Assembly (NCBI RefSeq): GCF_030028105.1
Contig: NC_092395.1
Span: forward strand, 44,172,459-44,236,458
Source: Mobula birostris
Lineage: Eukaryota
Length of the DNA: 64,000 nucleotides
Reading direction: 5' to 3'
Within the stretch, counting starts at the first letter, position 1; each line of letters opens with the position of its first letter. The notes under the pieces were generated by a model. The model was not told where the DNA came from. It made no database searches and was given only the letters and a program-made list of their open reading frames with translations. The position numbers were made by a program, and so were the translations under genes. Below are positions 1-11,629 of this stretch, piece after piece.

Positions 1-319
1 ATCAAGTATCTATCTACCTCTGTTTTAAATATACCCAATGAGTTGTCCTCCACTGCACTCTGTTCCAATGATTCCACAGGTTCATCAGCCGCTGGCTAAG
101 CAAATTACTTTTCACCTCTGCCCTCAATGGATGTCATTCTATTCTGAGTCTATGCCATCTGGTCAATGACTCCTCCAATTTAGGAAACATCCTCTACATA
201 TTCACACTTTCTAGTCCTTTGCATATTCGATAGATTTCAATGAGAGCACCAATCCTTGTTCAAAACTCCATCAAACACTCCTTCAATGTTAACCCTTTCA
301 TTCCTGGAATTATTCTCAT

Positions 320-780
320 TGTCATGACTGTTTAAAAACAAACTTGGAAGTTGCTGAGAGTCTACATGAGGGAGTATCGTACCACATGACATACTTCCAA
401 ATAATTAAATTCCAACTCAGAAAAGTATGTTTAATCCTTGATAACAAATCAACAATAAAATTATTTGACTCTCCCTTAATTTATGTAAAAAATCGAACAA
501 GACAAGTGTCGTTATATCAAATTCAAACAAAGACAAGCAAGGTGAGCGTAATTGGAACAAATCAAAGAAAGATGAGTGGTCAACAAAAAATATGCATTAC
601 AAACTCACCCCCTCACTCTGCTGCCACGCAGGTGAACAGATATCTCTGTTTATTTATTTCTACTGTTTCCCAAACCCACGTGTCAAAGTACCTTAACCCA
701 GTGTCACTCTTAACCCAGAGTGAGGATGCGCAATACATTTACAATACATACAGTCGGTAAATAGATACATGACTCCCACA
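320..780 (-). mobile_element. Possible solo LTR inserted into CR1
   Basis: The segment has TG...CA ends (tgtcatgac...catgactcccaca) and interrupts contiguous CR1 sequence (attctcat|gaacctcctctggacc). Any TSD is imperfect. Confidence 0.4.
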
Positions 781-1800
781 ACTATGAACCTCCTCTGGAC
801 CCTCTCCAATAACGGCACATCAATTCTTAGATAAGGGGCCCAAAACTGCTCACAATGTAATCCGACAATGCCTTGTAAACCTCAGCATTGCATACTTGTG
901 TTGATGTCATAATCCTCTCAAAATGAATGCCAACTTTGCATTTAATTTACATACCACTGACTCAACCTGCAAATTAAACTTCAAAGAATCCTGCACGAGG
1001 ATTCCCAAGTCTCTTCGCACCTCTGATTTTTGAATAATCTTCCCATTTACAAAATAGTCTACGCCTTTACTCCTTCAATCAAAGTATATTCCTCCACTTC
1101 TTTGCCCATTCTCTTAATCTACCTACGTTCTTCTGTAGGCTTACTGCTTCTTTAACATGATCTGCCCTTCTTCTATATCACCCACAAATACATGAGGATC
1201 CGCAACACAAATGCAATAGAGACAGTTGGTAAATAGTTACATGACTCCTACACCTATTAACCTCCTCTGGACCCTCTCCAATGACAGCACATCTTTTCTT
1301 AGTTAAGGGGCACAAAACTGCTCACAATACTCCAAAGGCAATATGACCAATGCCTTGTAAATCTCAGCATTCCATACTTATATTTAGATTAGATTAGATT
1401 ATGAGGACACTCAGTCCTCGCTTATTGTCATTTAGAAATGCATGCATTAAAAAATGATACAATGTTCCTCCAGAATGATATCACAAAAAAATTATGTTCT
1501 GGTCCTCTCAAAATGAATGCCAACTTTGCATTTAAGTTGCATACCACTAGCTCAACCTGCAAGTTAAACTTTACAGAATCCTGCATTAGGACTCCCAGGT
1601 CTCTTTGGACCTCTGATTTTTGAATAGTCTCCCAATTTAGAAAATCGTCTACGCCTTTACTCCTTCAACCAAAGTGCATGAATATACACTTCCCTACACT
1701 ACATTCCATCTGCCAGTTCTTTGCCCATTCTCTTAATCTGTCCATGTTCTTCTGTAGACTTCCTGCTTCTTTAGCATAACCTGCCCTTCTACTTATCATC
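715..1800. repeat. Diverged tandem duplication (about 715-1190 and 1193-1800)
   Basis: Both units read tgaggat.cgcaa.aca...gtaaatag.tacatgactcc.aca...aacctcctctggaccctctccaat...cctctcaaaatgaatgccaactttgcattta. The second unit carries an extra insert at about 1381-1490. Confidence 0.85.
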
Positions 1801-1864
1801 CACAAACTTGACCATACAACCGTCGATTGCACATCCAAATCACTGGCATATAATGTGAAAGGAA

Positions 1865-4385
1865 ATGGTCCCGACACAAAAGAGAGGAGAGGAGAACCAC
1901 GGTAGTGATAGGGGATTCCTTACTTAGAGGATTAGACACAAGATTTTGTGCATGCAATGGAGACACCCAGATGGTATCTTGCTCCTGGGTCCCAGGGACA
2001 GGCACATCTTGGTTTGGGTCTATGACATTCTAAAGAGGTAAGGTGAGCAGCCATAAGTCTTGGTACATATTGGCACCAATGACATAGGTAAGAAAAGTGA
2101 GAAGATCCTGAAGAGAGAATTTGGAGAGCTCAGTAAAAATCTGAAATGTACGACATCCAGGGTAGAAATGTCTAGACTGCTGCCTGTGCCACGCACCTGT
2201 GGGGGTAAGAATGGGATGATTTGGCAGATGAATGCATGGCTGAGAAACTAGTGCGGGGGGGGGCATGGGTTTTGGATTTCTAGACCATTGGGATGACATT
2301 GTGGGCATCATTGAGTCATGACTGACAGAAGATTATAGTTGGGATCTTCGCATTCAAGGGTACTCATTGTACAGAAAGGACAGCTAAGTTGGCTGAGGGA
2401 GTGGCATGGATCTTTTGGTAAAAAATAAAATTAAATCCTTAGAAAGAGATGACATGGGATCAGAGGTTGTGTACAAAACAGCCAACAAAACAGCTTTTTG
2501 GAACAGCATTTTGTTGAGCCCACTAAGGAATCAGCTATTCTACATTGGATGGTGTGTAATGAACCAAATTTGATTCAGGAGCATAAGGTAAAAGAACCCT
2601 TAGGAGCAGTGATCGTAATATGATTAAATTCACACTGTAATTTGACAGGCAGTAGCTAAAGTCAGATGAATCAGTATTACAGTGTAGTAAAGGCCTGAAA
2701 GAGGAGATGACCCAAGTTAGTTGGAAGGTGTCCATCCCTACCAGGGATAATGGCAGAGCATCAATGACTGGAGTTTCTGGGGGCAATATGGGAGGTACAG
2801 GATAGTCACATCACAAAAGATACAAAGATATTCTAAAGGCATGATGACATAACCATGGCTGATAAGGGAAGACAAAGCCAATATAAAAGCTAAAGTGAAG
2901 GCATAGCATAGAGACATAGAAAATAGAGGATCAGCAAACTTTAAAAAAAAACAACAGAAGGTAACTCAAAATACAAAAGGGGGAAAAATGAAATCTGAAG
3001 GTAAGCTCAGCAGTAGTATTAAAGAGGATAGCAAAAGTTTTTTTTCAGATATGTAAAGTGTAAAAGTGAGACAAGAGTAGATATTTGACTGCTGGAAAGC
3101 GATGCTGGGGTGATAGTAATGGGGGGAAACAAGGAAATGGTGGGTGAATACAATAAGTATTTTGCATCAGTTTTCACTGTAGAAGACACTAGGATTATAC
3201 GAGAAATTTGAGAATCAGGGGCAGAAGTGAGTACAGTTGTGATTAATAGGGAAGATGTGCTTCTCAAACTGAAAGATCAGAAGGTGGATAAGTCCACCTA
3301 CATATCAGGGTTCTGAAAGAGACAGCTGAAGATTTTGTGGAGTCATTCGTAATGATTTCACATGAAAGAATACATTCTACGTGCTTTTGTAGGACTGGAA
3401 AATTGCAAATGTTACTCCACTCTTCAAGAAGGGAGGGCGGCAAAAGAAAGGAAATTAGTTGGCTCTACCTCAGTGGTTGGGAACCTGATTGAAGTTAATT
3501 GTTAAGGATGTAGATTCAGATACTTGGAGTCACATGATAAAATAGGTCAAAGTCAGCATGGTTTCCTTAAGGAAAATTTAGCCGCACAAATCTGTTGGAA
3601 TTCATTGAGGAAATAAAAAGCAGGATGGACAAAGGAAAATTGGTGGATGCTGTGTACTTGGATTTTCAGAAGGCCTTTGACAAGTTGCCACACATGAGGC
3701 TGCTTAACAAGATAACAGCCCATGGCATTACAGAAAAGATATTAGCATTGTTGAAGCACTAGCTGATTGGCAAGTGGCAAAGTGTGGGAATAAATGGAAC
3801 CTCCTCTAATTGACTGCCAGTGACTCATGATATTCCACAGAAGTCAGTGTCGGGACTGTTCCGTTTAACATTGTATGTCGATGGCTTGGATGATGGAATT
3901 GATGGGTTTATGCCTCAGTTTGTGGACAGTACAAAGATGGGTAGATGGATGTAGGGGGAGGTTGCTGCAGAAGGACTTAGACAGATTTGGAAAATGGACA
4001 AAGTAATGGCGGATGGAGTGGAGTTGTATGGTCATGCACTTTGGTAGAAGGAATAAAAGCACAGACTATATTCTAAAGAGGGAGAAAATTCAGAAATCCA
4101 AGGTGCCAAGTGATTTGGGAGTCATCATGCAGGATTCCATAGTGGTTAATATGCAGGTTGAGACAGTGATGAGGAAGGCAAATGCAATGTTAGAATTCAT
4201 TTCAAGAGGACTAAAGTAAAAAGGCAAGGATGTCATATTGAGGCTTTATGAGACTTTGGTGAGGCTTCACTTGGAGTATCGTAAGCAGATTTGTGCCCCT
4301 TATTTAAGAAAGCAGGTGCTGATATTGGAGAGGATTCAGAGGAGGTTCATGGGAAAGGTTCCAGGAATGAAAGGCTTATTGGATC
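1865..4385 (+). mobile_element. Degenerate CR1 LINE (ORF1 esterase, ORF2 endonuclease/RT remnants)
   Basis: The SGNH-type VHIGTND motif is present (ORF 2060-2251). RT remnants include SQHGFL, VYLDFQKAFDKLPH (about 3650-3695) and VVHFGRRNK-like sequence (ORF 4013-4219). There are many stops and frameshifts. Confidence 0.85.
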
Positions 4386-4699
4386 AGAGACATGACAGGT
4401 GGAATGCCTAAAGGAGGAGGAACCTGATAGAAGAGAACAGTGCACCATGGGAAGGATGGAGGGGCAATGGAGGAAGCTGAGTAGCAGGTAAGGAGGAGGG
4501 AAAGGGTGATATGGGAAACAGAAAGAGGAATGGAAAAAGAGGGAAAGGTGAGGGGAAATAAGTTACTGGAAGTCATAGAAATTGATGATTAACCCTTATG
4601 TTTTACAGACATGTCTGACAGTGTAATTCTCTGCATCATTTCACTGAACCAGTGCAAAAATCAACGCAAAAAAGTCCATCTTTACAGTGAAAGCTAGTT

Positions 4700-5345
4700 A
4701 TCAATGAGTTTTAGATGGACTAGTGAGGCAAGTTCTCCTATTGCATTGTGCTTCATCTGTGGCAAACAACTTATAATTGTAGCAATGGCTCCGGCAAAAT
4801 TGAAAAGACGCTTAACTACAAATCACAGCCATATGACATGTAAAAGTGCTGATTATTTTAAACAGCTGTTCTCAACAGAGTAAAGCTTTTGTTAGTCAAG
4901 TCACAACCAGTAAAAATATTCTGGAAGCAAGTTATTTAGTGGTAGAACTTATTAACCAGAAAAGGCAAAGTCACACAATTGGTGAGGACCTAATAATACC
5001 AGCATGTATAATTATCACGGGTAAAACGGTCGGAAAAGATGCAGTATGAGAAATTGAAAAGGTTTCAGTCTCAATACAATAAGTCAACCTACTGATGAAA
5101 GGTCAGATGATGATGAAGAGGTATTGTGAGATCAACTGAAATCAACAGCTTCGCTATCCAGGTTGATGAGTCAACAGATTTCACCAATAAATATCATGTT
5201 ATAGCATTTGTCAGATTTGTAAAGTATGGCAAGATTCAAGAAAACTTTTTTCTGTTGCAAAGAGCTACAAACAAGCAAAGGCCAAGATATATTTAATGTT
5301 TTGTGTTCATATCTCGAAAATATGGTCTGTCTTGGAAACACTGTC
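4700..5345 (+). mobile_element. hAT (Charlie/Buster-like) transposase relic
   Basis: Translations give LCFICGKQL...MAPAKLKRRLTTNH, QKRQSHTIGEDLIIPAC, FAIQVDESTDFTNKYHVIAFVRF and CKELQTSKGQDIFNVL. These match the ZBED5/FAM200-type hAT family. Confidence 0.85.
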
Positions 5346-5400
5346 TGGCTCTGGCTTTTGGTTTTTAGTAACCTTACTATTCAACATTGTCAATCAATTA

Positions 5401-6690
5401 TCATGTTGTAAATCATTGCCATCGTGGCTATCCCTCGAGGTCGAGGATGATGGTCTTCATTCTGTTCATCTACTTATGGGCTCTCAAGTGGCTTATGAGT
5501 CCAATCTTGGCTTTGGAAGTTCTTCCACATTCAGGACAGGTAGTACCAGATGGCAGATTGGACTTTGATTGTTGCTGCCTCTCTTTCCATTTTCTTCTCT
5601 TTTCTTTTAATTCTGCACATCTGCTGGCTTCGGAAGTTGCTGTTCCTTCTCGGATGATGGCTTGCTAGAGTTTCCTGTCTTTGGCACTGGTTTCCCAATT
5701 GTTGATGTCGATGTTACATTTCTTCATGTTGGCTTTTAAGATGTCTTTGAATCTCTTCTGTTGTCCACCTCTTTTACGTTTGCCTTTTTTAAGCTGGGAG
5801 TAGAAGATTTGTTTTGGCAGACGTTCGTCTTTCATCTGAACATGACCACTCCATCTTAGTTGGATCTTGATGACGTAGGCTTCAGTGCTTGTTGTTTTTG
5901 CTTCATTTAGCACACTGACGTTGGTTCTTCTATCTTCCCAGCTGATATTTAAGATGTTTTGAAGACAGTGTCGATGGAACTTTTCAAGTGCCTTCAGATG
6001 TCGTCGGTATGTTGTCCAGGTTTCTGATGCATACAGGAGCGTTGGGATTACCACTGCTTTATACACTAACATTTTGGTGTCTGTTTGGATGTCACGATCA
6101 TGAAAGTCTCTTGTTCAGAGATGTCCAAAAGCTGTTCCATTGCATTTAAGATGATGTTGGATCTCGTCATTAAGGTCAACATCGGAGGAGAGGTGACTTC
6201 CAAGATAAGGAAAGTGGTCCACGTTTTCCAGGGTTGTTTCACCAAGTTGAAATGATGGTTCTATCCGATTTGTCTCAATTGGGGACGGTTGATAGATGAT
6301 CTGAGTCTTCTTGGAATTGATGTTAAGTCCAATTTTCATGTATGCATGGTTGAAGGCAGTCAGAATCTGTTGTAGGTAGTTTTCTGAAAGAGCTGCAACA
6401 CTGTTGTCATCTGCGTATTGGAACTCGATGAGGGAACTCGTGGATGTCTTCGTTTTGGATTTGAGACGGGCAAGATTGAAAAGTCTGCCATCTGTTCTGC
6501 AGACAATTTCGATTCCTGGGGGTAGGTCACCCTTGATGATGTGGATGATTGTTACAATGAAGATGGTGAACAAAGTGGGGCAATCGCGCATCCCTGTTTT
6601 ACTCCTGATCTAACTTGAAAAGACTCACAGTTACTGCTGCTGACCATGACTGTAGCAAGCGTGCCATCGTGGAAGAGTCTCAGGATTCAA
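5401..6690 (-). mobile_element. RTE-clade LINE, 5'-truncated
   Basis: ORF 6115-6591 has PTLF..F, FQYADD and VDHFPYLGS. ORF 5665-6072 has YKAVVIPTLLYASETWT and RLPKQIFYSQL..GKRKRGGQQKRFKD. Confidence 0.92.
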
Positions 6691-6959
6691 ATGTACTTTT
6701 GTATGTTGTAATGTTGCAACATGTATTTTGTACATATTGTAAATAGCATTAATTAAAATCACTTTACAACCTTTATTATTTTAAATTTACCGAACCTGCC
6801 CTTAGGAAATTAAATCCCATTTTGGCTTAAGCCAGTTATCTAACAGAAATTTATTATGTTTGCCTTAAGAGCTTAAAAAAGAGTTTATGAAAGGGAACGA
6901 AAGAGCATAATTTCAGGAACGATAAAATAAGCGTAACTACCTTTTTTTTCAAGGAAGTC

Positions 6960-7870
6960 TGGCTGAAACTTCAATCTCTAATCAAAACAGCATTGATAAT
7001 TATTTTTGGATTATTATATCTAAACTTACTGATCACGCTAATGGACTGTGAGCTGTAGATATAATAATTTTTACATAGCTGTGTTCTGAGATCTGAAAAT
7101 TATTTCAACAGTTCCCCCAGGGCAAGATGGTTGAGAAAGGCTGATCTAGACCCTTATAGTTAGTTAAGTTTTATTGATGGAATACCTTCCCTTCTCAAAT
7201 GGGAGGTGTTTTGTGGATACAACCATAAGTAGACATTCGTTGTGATAGCTTATCTAATGCATGGAAGAGATGACAGTACCTATTGTGAATAGAGAGCCAA
7301 ATATTATGTCTTAAACTCAGGAGTTTATGTACAAGATGGAGGCAAGAATGACCAAGGTCCTGCACCTGCAGAAATGCGTTATTGAACACTAGGTGGAATG
7401 TACCATAATCTCCTTCTTCACTCACTACCAGCATACAAGCCACATTTTTGTACATTTTATTTCAAAGAGCTTATGCTTCAATCTGGACAGGGAGGGGAAA
7501 CTTCTGAGCAGCAAGAGAGTTGCATTGTGCATGATTCCAGACTTTGGAAAGTTTTCTTTTATTTACAAACAACACAATTTTCAGAATGATCCAGGAAGCC
7601 GCAGTTAGTCAGTGCTGCTTTGATATTAATGGCAGTCACTCTTGTCTCACCTCTGGATTGAGCTATTTGTCCAGATTTAAACCAAATTTCTCATGACTAC
7701 ATTTGTATATATACACTAATACATTATCTGTGAGTGCTAGTGACAGCCACTTGCATTCCTATGCTGATGCTAAGTTGTTTCATGGGATAGCATTGGATAC
7801 ATTAGATATACCCCAATTTTTGTACTAGTGCATACATGGACATTTCTTCTTGATTTCTTCAGTACAGCTA
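6960..7870 (+). mobile_element. Ancient LINE RT relic (L2/CR1-superfamily-like), copy A
   Basis: A decayed YAD(D)AKLF is at 7760-7780. Upstream translations PNIMS*TQE and NLDREGK...ALCMIPDFGK resemble RT motifs. The segment is homologous in inverted orientation to 15530-15765 and 18575-19290. Confidence 0.5.
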
Positions 7871-8249
7871 TATAAAATCCATTGCAATTACTCAGTGAGT
7901 TTACATCAGTAACAGGTCTCAACAATGTCTGTAAAGACAGTGTGAAGAGTGCATAAAACCATCAGCACGTGCAATTTCCCAAGACATTCTGATTCAGGAG
8001 TATCTCTCATTTCCCTTTTTGCTGAATCAAAGTCTTAGAATTCCTTAATCACAATCACTGGCTGGTACTTTAAGACAATTGCAGCAATTTAACAGGGTAG
8101 CTCTCTAATTGCTCAGTGTTTCCCATTTGGTATGTGCCCATCCTGTATGAATTGACAACCAATCAATACTACTTCAGGTGGAATACAGTAGGTATCGCAA
8201 GGAAGTAAAAAAATAACCAGAGCTGTCACTGACCATTCACTGCAAGGAC

Positions 8250-8660
8250 AGGTAAATCAGTCCCAGCATTATCAGACAGGTTGTCATCCCTTGTACCAAA
8301 CCCTTCACTACTCTCAGTGAGCTACACTGGGCAGAATGTCAGTTGTATATTTGAAACCTGCTATTTTCACGTCCGTTATGCAAAGGGATTTCCAGGTTGT
8401 AATGAAAAAAATCAGGGACAGACTGAAGAAATGCAATCTCTGCACCGACTCCTGGGAACGTCTGGCCCATGACCAGCCAAAGTGGAGAATGTGCATTCGG
8501 GATGGTATTGAGAATCTCAAAATCATGCACCAGATACACGCAGAGACCCTGTTTATGTAGCAGAAGAAGCAGACTACCTTACAAACTACCCATTCACCCA
8601 TCTTGTTTTCCACTACCTTTTCCAACTGTGGAAGACTGCATTTCTCACGTTAGCATGATT
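8250..8660 (+). mobile_element. RTE-clade LINE 3' fragment
   Basis: The translation LKKCNLCTDSWERLAHDQPKWRMCIRDG is typical of the RTE ORF C-terminus. Confidence 0.7.
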
Positions 8661-9635
8661 ACTTTGTTTCAGCAGCTTTGGCCGATTTTCAGTTCACACT
8701 GCACCTTCTGTCTACAACAAAAGCAATCTGAACTGGATGGCTGATTGGGTAGAGGTGTGTGCATAACAGTGTCATTCCGGAAGAGGACAGTAGATTTACA
8801 CCCAGTTGCCTTTACTGGAGGCAGAACCATAACTCTAGCAACTGTGGAATGAGAGACTGTTGTAGTACTGTAATCACTGGGATACAGACTGACAATGAGC
8901 TTACACAGCAGAAGTCTGACCATCCACAGTAGCACCCTTGTATTTATGGTTTCTGCACGTGCTTCAATGAAAAATGGAATATAGGCCGTCTAATTCTACT
9001 TGGTGATCCCTGGTTGCTGGAATGGAGCAGTTGAACATTCATCCTGAAATGGATGTGGTTCAGACACCACAAAGTTATGTCTAGAGTAAGAAGTGGATTT
9101 TTCCATAGTTTTTGACACCTCGCATATGCACACAGTCTTATGTACCAAGCATCTTATGTTCCAATCTCAGCAACAAACATCCGCAAACTGCTCCTTCAAA
9201 GTGATCTCCTGGTGCCTTATATACAGCCTTGTCCTCTGTGACACTGGTACTTGGGTTACCCTCCACTTCTAGTGTGACTACTGGACATGCAGGTCCAATC
9301 TAATATGCATGATACAGAAAGTGCCCACTTACATTCTGCTTGGTGTGAAAGCTAAATCAAGAGACCAGATGCTTTGGCCAGATGGGAGCTGATCATCATT
9401 TGAAATTAAGTGATCAAAGGTAGGAATATGATACCATTGTGAGTCAAGGAGGTAGTGTTTTTACATTCCATCCAGTGTTCAACAACAAAATTCAAATTTC
9501 AAGGTATATTTATTTTCAAAGTAGGTCTATGTTACCATATAAAGTTCAAAATATATTTATCTTCAAAGTATGTATACTTTATACATCCTTGAGATTCAAC
9601 TCCTTAGAGGCAGCTACAAAACAAAGACTACATTA

Positions 9636-10503
9636 TGTTACATACTTCATGGATATCTTGTGATTGTCTTGTGAGGACAATGTAACGGTCTTGCGGAGGT
9701 CACATGATGTAATTTTCCCGCCGATGTTAGGTCACGTGATGAACTGTTCTCACCAGGTATATAAGTGTAGATCCCTGGTGGCGCAGTTAGTTTTCAGTTT
9801 AAATCATCAGTCAGATACTCTGATACGCTGCTTATTAATCTCATGACGCCGTATAGTTTTAAAACAGAGTTTTACTTTCTATTGTAAGGTACAGAAGTGT
9901 TGGGCCAGTTGTTTCACCAATCGCTGGCAGATTTGTTGATGTACCTTTTCAGCAATATTGGAGAGTGAAGATGGGAACCTGAAGGAGTCATTCAGCAGTT
10001 TTGGAGAGGATCGACCATTATTGAATTCTTTCAAGTAAGAGTGATCCGCATGAGATAACCTCTGCTAAAAGTAACAGAAAAAGTTGTGCAGTATCTAGTC
10101 TATCCTACACAGAAAAATGTCAGTGCCTTTAAACCATTTTATATCCGTCGTCGTGAATCCTGCAGACAAGGCAGTTTCCGGCTGGGATTGACAGTAACGT
10201 CGTGTCTTCGAGGAATACTTTACTTCAGGAAAGTCTCTCCTAATTGACTGTATAAATATCTTGGACTTTCAAATTTACCATTCTAAGAACTGTTCTAATT
10301 TACCACTGTAAGACTGTGTTCGCATTTACCACTTTAAGAACTAGTACTGAGTTTGGTGGTTTGTTAAATGGACGCATAGCAGCTTACTTTCTGTTAAGGT
10401 TTTTCGTTTATCTTTTTACTAATTTTGAGCAGAGTTTAATAAATGTTTATTTGTTTATAAAACCTGGCTAATTTCTATATTTATTGTTGCTGGTCACGTG
10501 ACA
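9636..10503 (+). mobile_element. Solo LTR of a Gypsy family related to the element at 51515-57619
   Basis: Ends are TGTTACAT...CACGTGACA, with AATAAA near 10439. It shares ggtcac.tgatgt.attttcccgcc and other blocks with 45332-46153 and 56735-57619. The flanks atta/ctta form an imperfect 4-bp TSD. Confidence 0.85.
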
Positions 10504-10519
10504 CTTAAAATTCATTTTC

Positions 10520-11620
10520 TTGCTGGTCTTCACAGGAAAAAAAAAATGCTAGGAAAAATACATGAAAAATATATGAAAAATTACATAAACAAAAACTGAC
10601 AAAACAAAAATTGTGCAAAAGAGGACAAACAGTGTAAATAAAATAATATTGAGAATGAGTTGTTAAGAGTCCTTGAAAGCGAGTCTATAGGTCATTGAAT
10701 CAGTTCAGAGTAGTGGTGAATGAAGATATCTTTGGTGTTCAAGGGACCAGGCTGTAGGATTATAACTGTCTTTGAGACTGGTGGTGTTGGATCTCCTGTC
10801 CTGTCTTATGACAATCATGAACAGAAGGCATGGCCGAGATGGTACAAGTCTTTGATGATAAATGTTGGTTTTTATGGCAGCACTGCAAGTAAATGTACTC
10901 CATGGAGGGGAGATATTTGCCTGTGATGGACAGGGCTGTATCTACCACCTTGTGTAGTTTTATCTATTCCTGTCCATTGGTGTTTCCGTAACAGGCCATG
11001 ATGCAACCATTCAGGATGCTCCCCACTGTGCATATCTAGAAGTTTGTCAAAGTTTTTGGTTATATGCTAAATCTAAGCAAACTTCTAAGGAAGTAAAAGT
11101 TCTATCGTGTCTTCTTTGTTATAACTCTTATGTTGTGATCCCAGCACAGCTCCTCTGATATATTACCAGCAAGGAATTTAAAGCTACTGACCCACTCAAC
11201 CTCTGTTCCCCTAATAAGAACTGGCTCTAACACTTCTGATTTCTTCCTCTTGAAGCTGATAATCAGCTCTTTTTGGCTTTTTTGATGATGAGGGAGAGGT
11301 TGTTGTGGCACGACTCAGATTTCAATTTCTTTTACATGCCAATTCATCACCATTTTTGTTTTGACTCATAGTACTAATGTCATTAACAATCTTAAAAAGC
11401 AGGGGACAAAGCACACAGTCTTGTGCTGATGGTTATTGTGAGTGTTGTCAATACGTACTAAATGGGATCCGCCAATGAAGAAATGGATGGGCCAAACAAC
11501 AGGAATTCTGCAGATGCTGGAAATTCAAGCAACACACATCAAAGTTGCTGGTGAACCCTTTCACCAGCAACTTTGATGTGTGTTAAATGGATGGGCCAGT
11601 TAGATAGGGAGGTACTGAGG
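10520..11620 (-). mobile_element. Rex1/Babar-type LINE 3' part
   Basis: ORF 11102-11311 reads IRGTEVEWVSSFKFL..NISEELCWDHNI..ITKK, typical of the Rex/Babar RT C-terminus. Confidence 0.7.
11495..11584. mobile_element. 90-bp Penelope-terminus fold-back mini-insertion with 14-bp TSD
   Basis: The TSD aaatggatgggcca is at 11481-11494 and 11585-11598. A perfect 25-bp inverted repeat spans 11531-11555/11560-11584 with a ccct loop. The first ~60 nt are the same as in the 29320 element. Confidence 0.9.
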
Positions 11621-11629
11621 CCCAGGTCT

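Larger units (their letters stand above)
1..1860 (-). mobile_element. Decayed CR1-type LINE 3' portion, interrupted and partly duplicated
   Basis: The minus-strand ORF 1665-1877 (LQKNMDRLREWAKNWQMECSVGKC..MHFG) is typical of the CR1 RT C-terminus. The flanking sequence resembles other CR1 copies in the window. Confidence 0.75.

Noticed and set aside
344-760. 138-aa ORF on the + strand
   Set aside because: It has no recognisable domain, starts at a non-ATG codon and lies inside a putative solo LTR. It is probably a chance ORF.
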